Source: an uncultured Alphaproteobacteria bacterium
GTDB taxonomy: Bacteria > Pseudomonadota > Alphaproteobacteria > Rickettsiales > CAIJLX01
Direction of reading: 5' to 3'
Assembly (NCBI GenBank): GCA_903821695.1
Contig: CAIJLX010000053.1
Span: forward strand, 13,826-77,825
Length of the DNA stretch: 64,000 nt
Part shown: positions 62,798 to 64,000 of the stretch, piece by piece
Layout: each line of letters begins with the position of its first letter
How positions within the stretch are numbered: the first letter of the stretch is position 1
Made by a program: the position numbers and the translations under genes
The notes under the pieces: model-generated
Database searches by the model: none
The model's input: the letters and a program-made list of their open reading frames with translations, nothing else
What the model was told of the DNA's origin: nothing

Positions 62798-63595
62798 TCA
62801 ATCACTGACTACAATCCAACCGCGATAATTCTTTCCATCTTTTGTATGCATCGCTTTATAGAGATGTTTTACTGCTACCCAATACCACGGGTTTTTATGT
62901 GCGGCTGTATCCATCACTAAGACGCTATCTGTTTCCTCATCGTAAGCCCCAATCACAGAATAATGTCCGCCGCTGCTCATCCCTTTTACCCGACCAAAGA
63001 AATTGCAGATCAAAATTTTCTCTGGATGTTGTAGGATCGATTTCGCAACCGTACGAAAAACATGGCAGCCTTCCTGTAAGGTATATTCCGCCATTACAGG
63101 CTTCACCTTTGCATCATATAGTTTGAGTATGTCTGCCACTTCTTTTAAACACAGGCCGGGGTTAAAATTCGTCGCCGCCTTTTTGGGGTTGATGCTCGGC
63201 GCGATCACCTCCTTCACCTTTATTTTGTCCGTTTCTTTGTTTAAAACGGTCAACTGTGAATAGAGGCAATATTTCATTACGCTGCCATCTGGCTTGGTAA
63301 AGTTAAATCCCTTTTGGTCCGGCACTTTGCCTTTAGCGAGGCGCAAGCTGTTTAACGTTGTGACAATGCACGCGATGCTACAATAAAACGGGTTGATTTG
63401 GGGCTGATAATGATGAGCGATGCGGAAAAATGCGCCATTTCTGCTCCGCATTAGCCGTTTCCGACCTTCTTCCGTATTCCAATTGGTGATGACGATTTGT
63501 TCGCGCCATCGGTCTTTTACCTTCTTGTATTTTCCATAGCGCTCACGTTCAAACAATTTATAATATAAGCGGCTGACCAAGGGTAACTGTTTCAT
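62798..63595 (-). CDS. Phytochelatin-synthase-like papain-fold protein (peptidase C83 family)
   Basis: The catalytic triad context is conserved: YQPQINPFYCSIACIVTTLNSL (Cys), GGHYSVIGAYD (His), VLVMDTAAHKNPWYWV (Asp). Confidence 0.75.
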   Translation of the reverse strand: MKQLPLVSRLYYKLFERERYGKYKKVKDRWREQIVITNWNTEEGRKRLMRSRNGAFFRIAHHYQPQINPFYCSIACIVTTLNSLRLAKGKVPDQKGFNFTKPDGSVMKYCLYSQLTVLNKETDKIKVKEVIAPSINPKKAATNFNPGLCLKEVADILKLYDAKVKPVMAEYTLQEGCHVFRTVAKSILQHPEKILICNFFGRVKGMSSGGHYSVIGAYDEETDSVLVMDTAAHKNPWYWVAVKHLYKAMHTKDGKNYRGWIVVSD

Positions 63596-63618
63596 AGGTT
63601 CATTTTAGATTTTATTAT

Positions 63619-64000
63619 ATGCCAACACAAAATAAATCTCAGCTGCGCACAGAACTATTAAAACAACGCCGTGCGCTAAAACCGCACGAGCGTTCACAAG
63701 CCGCGGAGCAATTGTTACAGAGATTGCAAAACTCGAATCTGATTTCGACTGATTCCATTGTCGCCGCCTATTGGCCGATGATTGATGAGTTGGATATGCG
63801 GCCAATTATCAATTGGTTGCATGAAAAAAACATAGTGTGTGCTCTGCCCTGTTTGGTATCAGTCGATCAACCACTTTTGTTCCGAAGGTTTAGCAAAGAT
63901 GATTTGCTAGCTAAAGCCTACCATAATATTTCGCAGCCGCATGAGCACGCGCCGCTGGTGACACCGGATATTATTCTGGTGCCGACGGTGGGTTTTGACC
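63619..64000 (+). CDS. ygfA: 5-formyltetrahydrofolate cyclo-ligase, 5' part (runs off the window; absent from the ORF track because there is no stop)
   Basis: My own translation from ATG 63619 gives MPTQNKSQLRTELLKQRRAL...SIVAAYWPMIDELDMRPII...PDIILVPTVGFD, which is typical of MTHFS/YgfA. Confidence 0.8.
   Translation, partial: MPTQNKSQLRTELLKQRRALKPHERSQAAEQLLQRLQNSNLISTDSIVAAYWPMIDELDMRPIINWLHEKNIVCALPCLVSVDQPLLFRRFSKDDLLAKAYHNISQPHEHAPLVTPDIILVPTVGFD

Noticed and set aside
1-64000. Search by eye for tRNA/rRNA genes, IS elements, integrases, phage genes, restriction-modification systems or known defence-system genes.
   Set aside because: I recognised none. GGTTCGA-like strings (for example ~2831 and ~61741) lack the surrounding cloverleaf complementarity. 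A tRNAscan, Infernal or defence-finder run would be needed to be sure.

Overview
This 64-kb chromosomal segment is most consistent with an alphaproteobacterium. That is an inference from the flgF-flgG-flgA-flgH order, an alphaproteobacterial-type porin, a DUF3576-like lipoprotein, a ZauP-like/zapA pair and an NDUFAF6-like gene. The window is densely coding, with about 75 protein genes. I found no rRNA, tRNA, CRISPR array, transposase or integrase.

Housekeeping genes: coaBC(3' part)-dut, cysK, purU, ubiG, sucCD, uvrC, greA, ribH, zapA, the start of a 5-formyl-THF cyclo-ligase, and an amgK/murU-like pair.

Accessory blocks interleaved with them:
- A Wzy-type exopolysaccharide locus (4.3-15 kb).
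- An orphan cluster of prepilin peptidase, lipoprotein secretin and two membrane proteins (16.8-24.9 kb). It is divergent from a Sec-signal LamG/RTX-like protein and a very unusual 758-aa pilin-like protein carrying poly-Ser spacers, a Cys-rich module and a Gly-rich C-terminal domain. This is my top candidate for an undescribed system.
- A tightly coupled Rrf2-cysK-unknown-ThiF/MoeB-O-methyltransferase operon.
- Two copies of a 109-aa protein family, each downstream of an uncharacterised gene.
- A triple-GT2 glycosyltransferase with a sulfotransferase.
- Sel1 lipoproteins and tandem small secreted Lys-rich proteins next to a two-component system.
- Flagellar basal-body genes behind a perfect sigma-54 promoter.
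- A probable 6S RNA after zapA, separated from its usual partner (5-FTHF cyclo-ligase) by an AstE/AspA-like gene and a phytochelatin-synthase-like gene.

All functional calls come from motif recognition by eye. No database searches were run.
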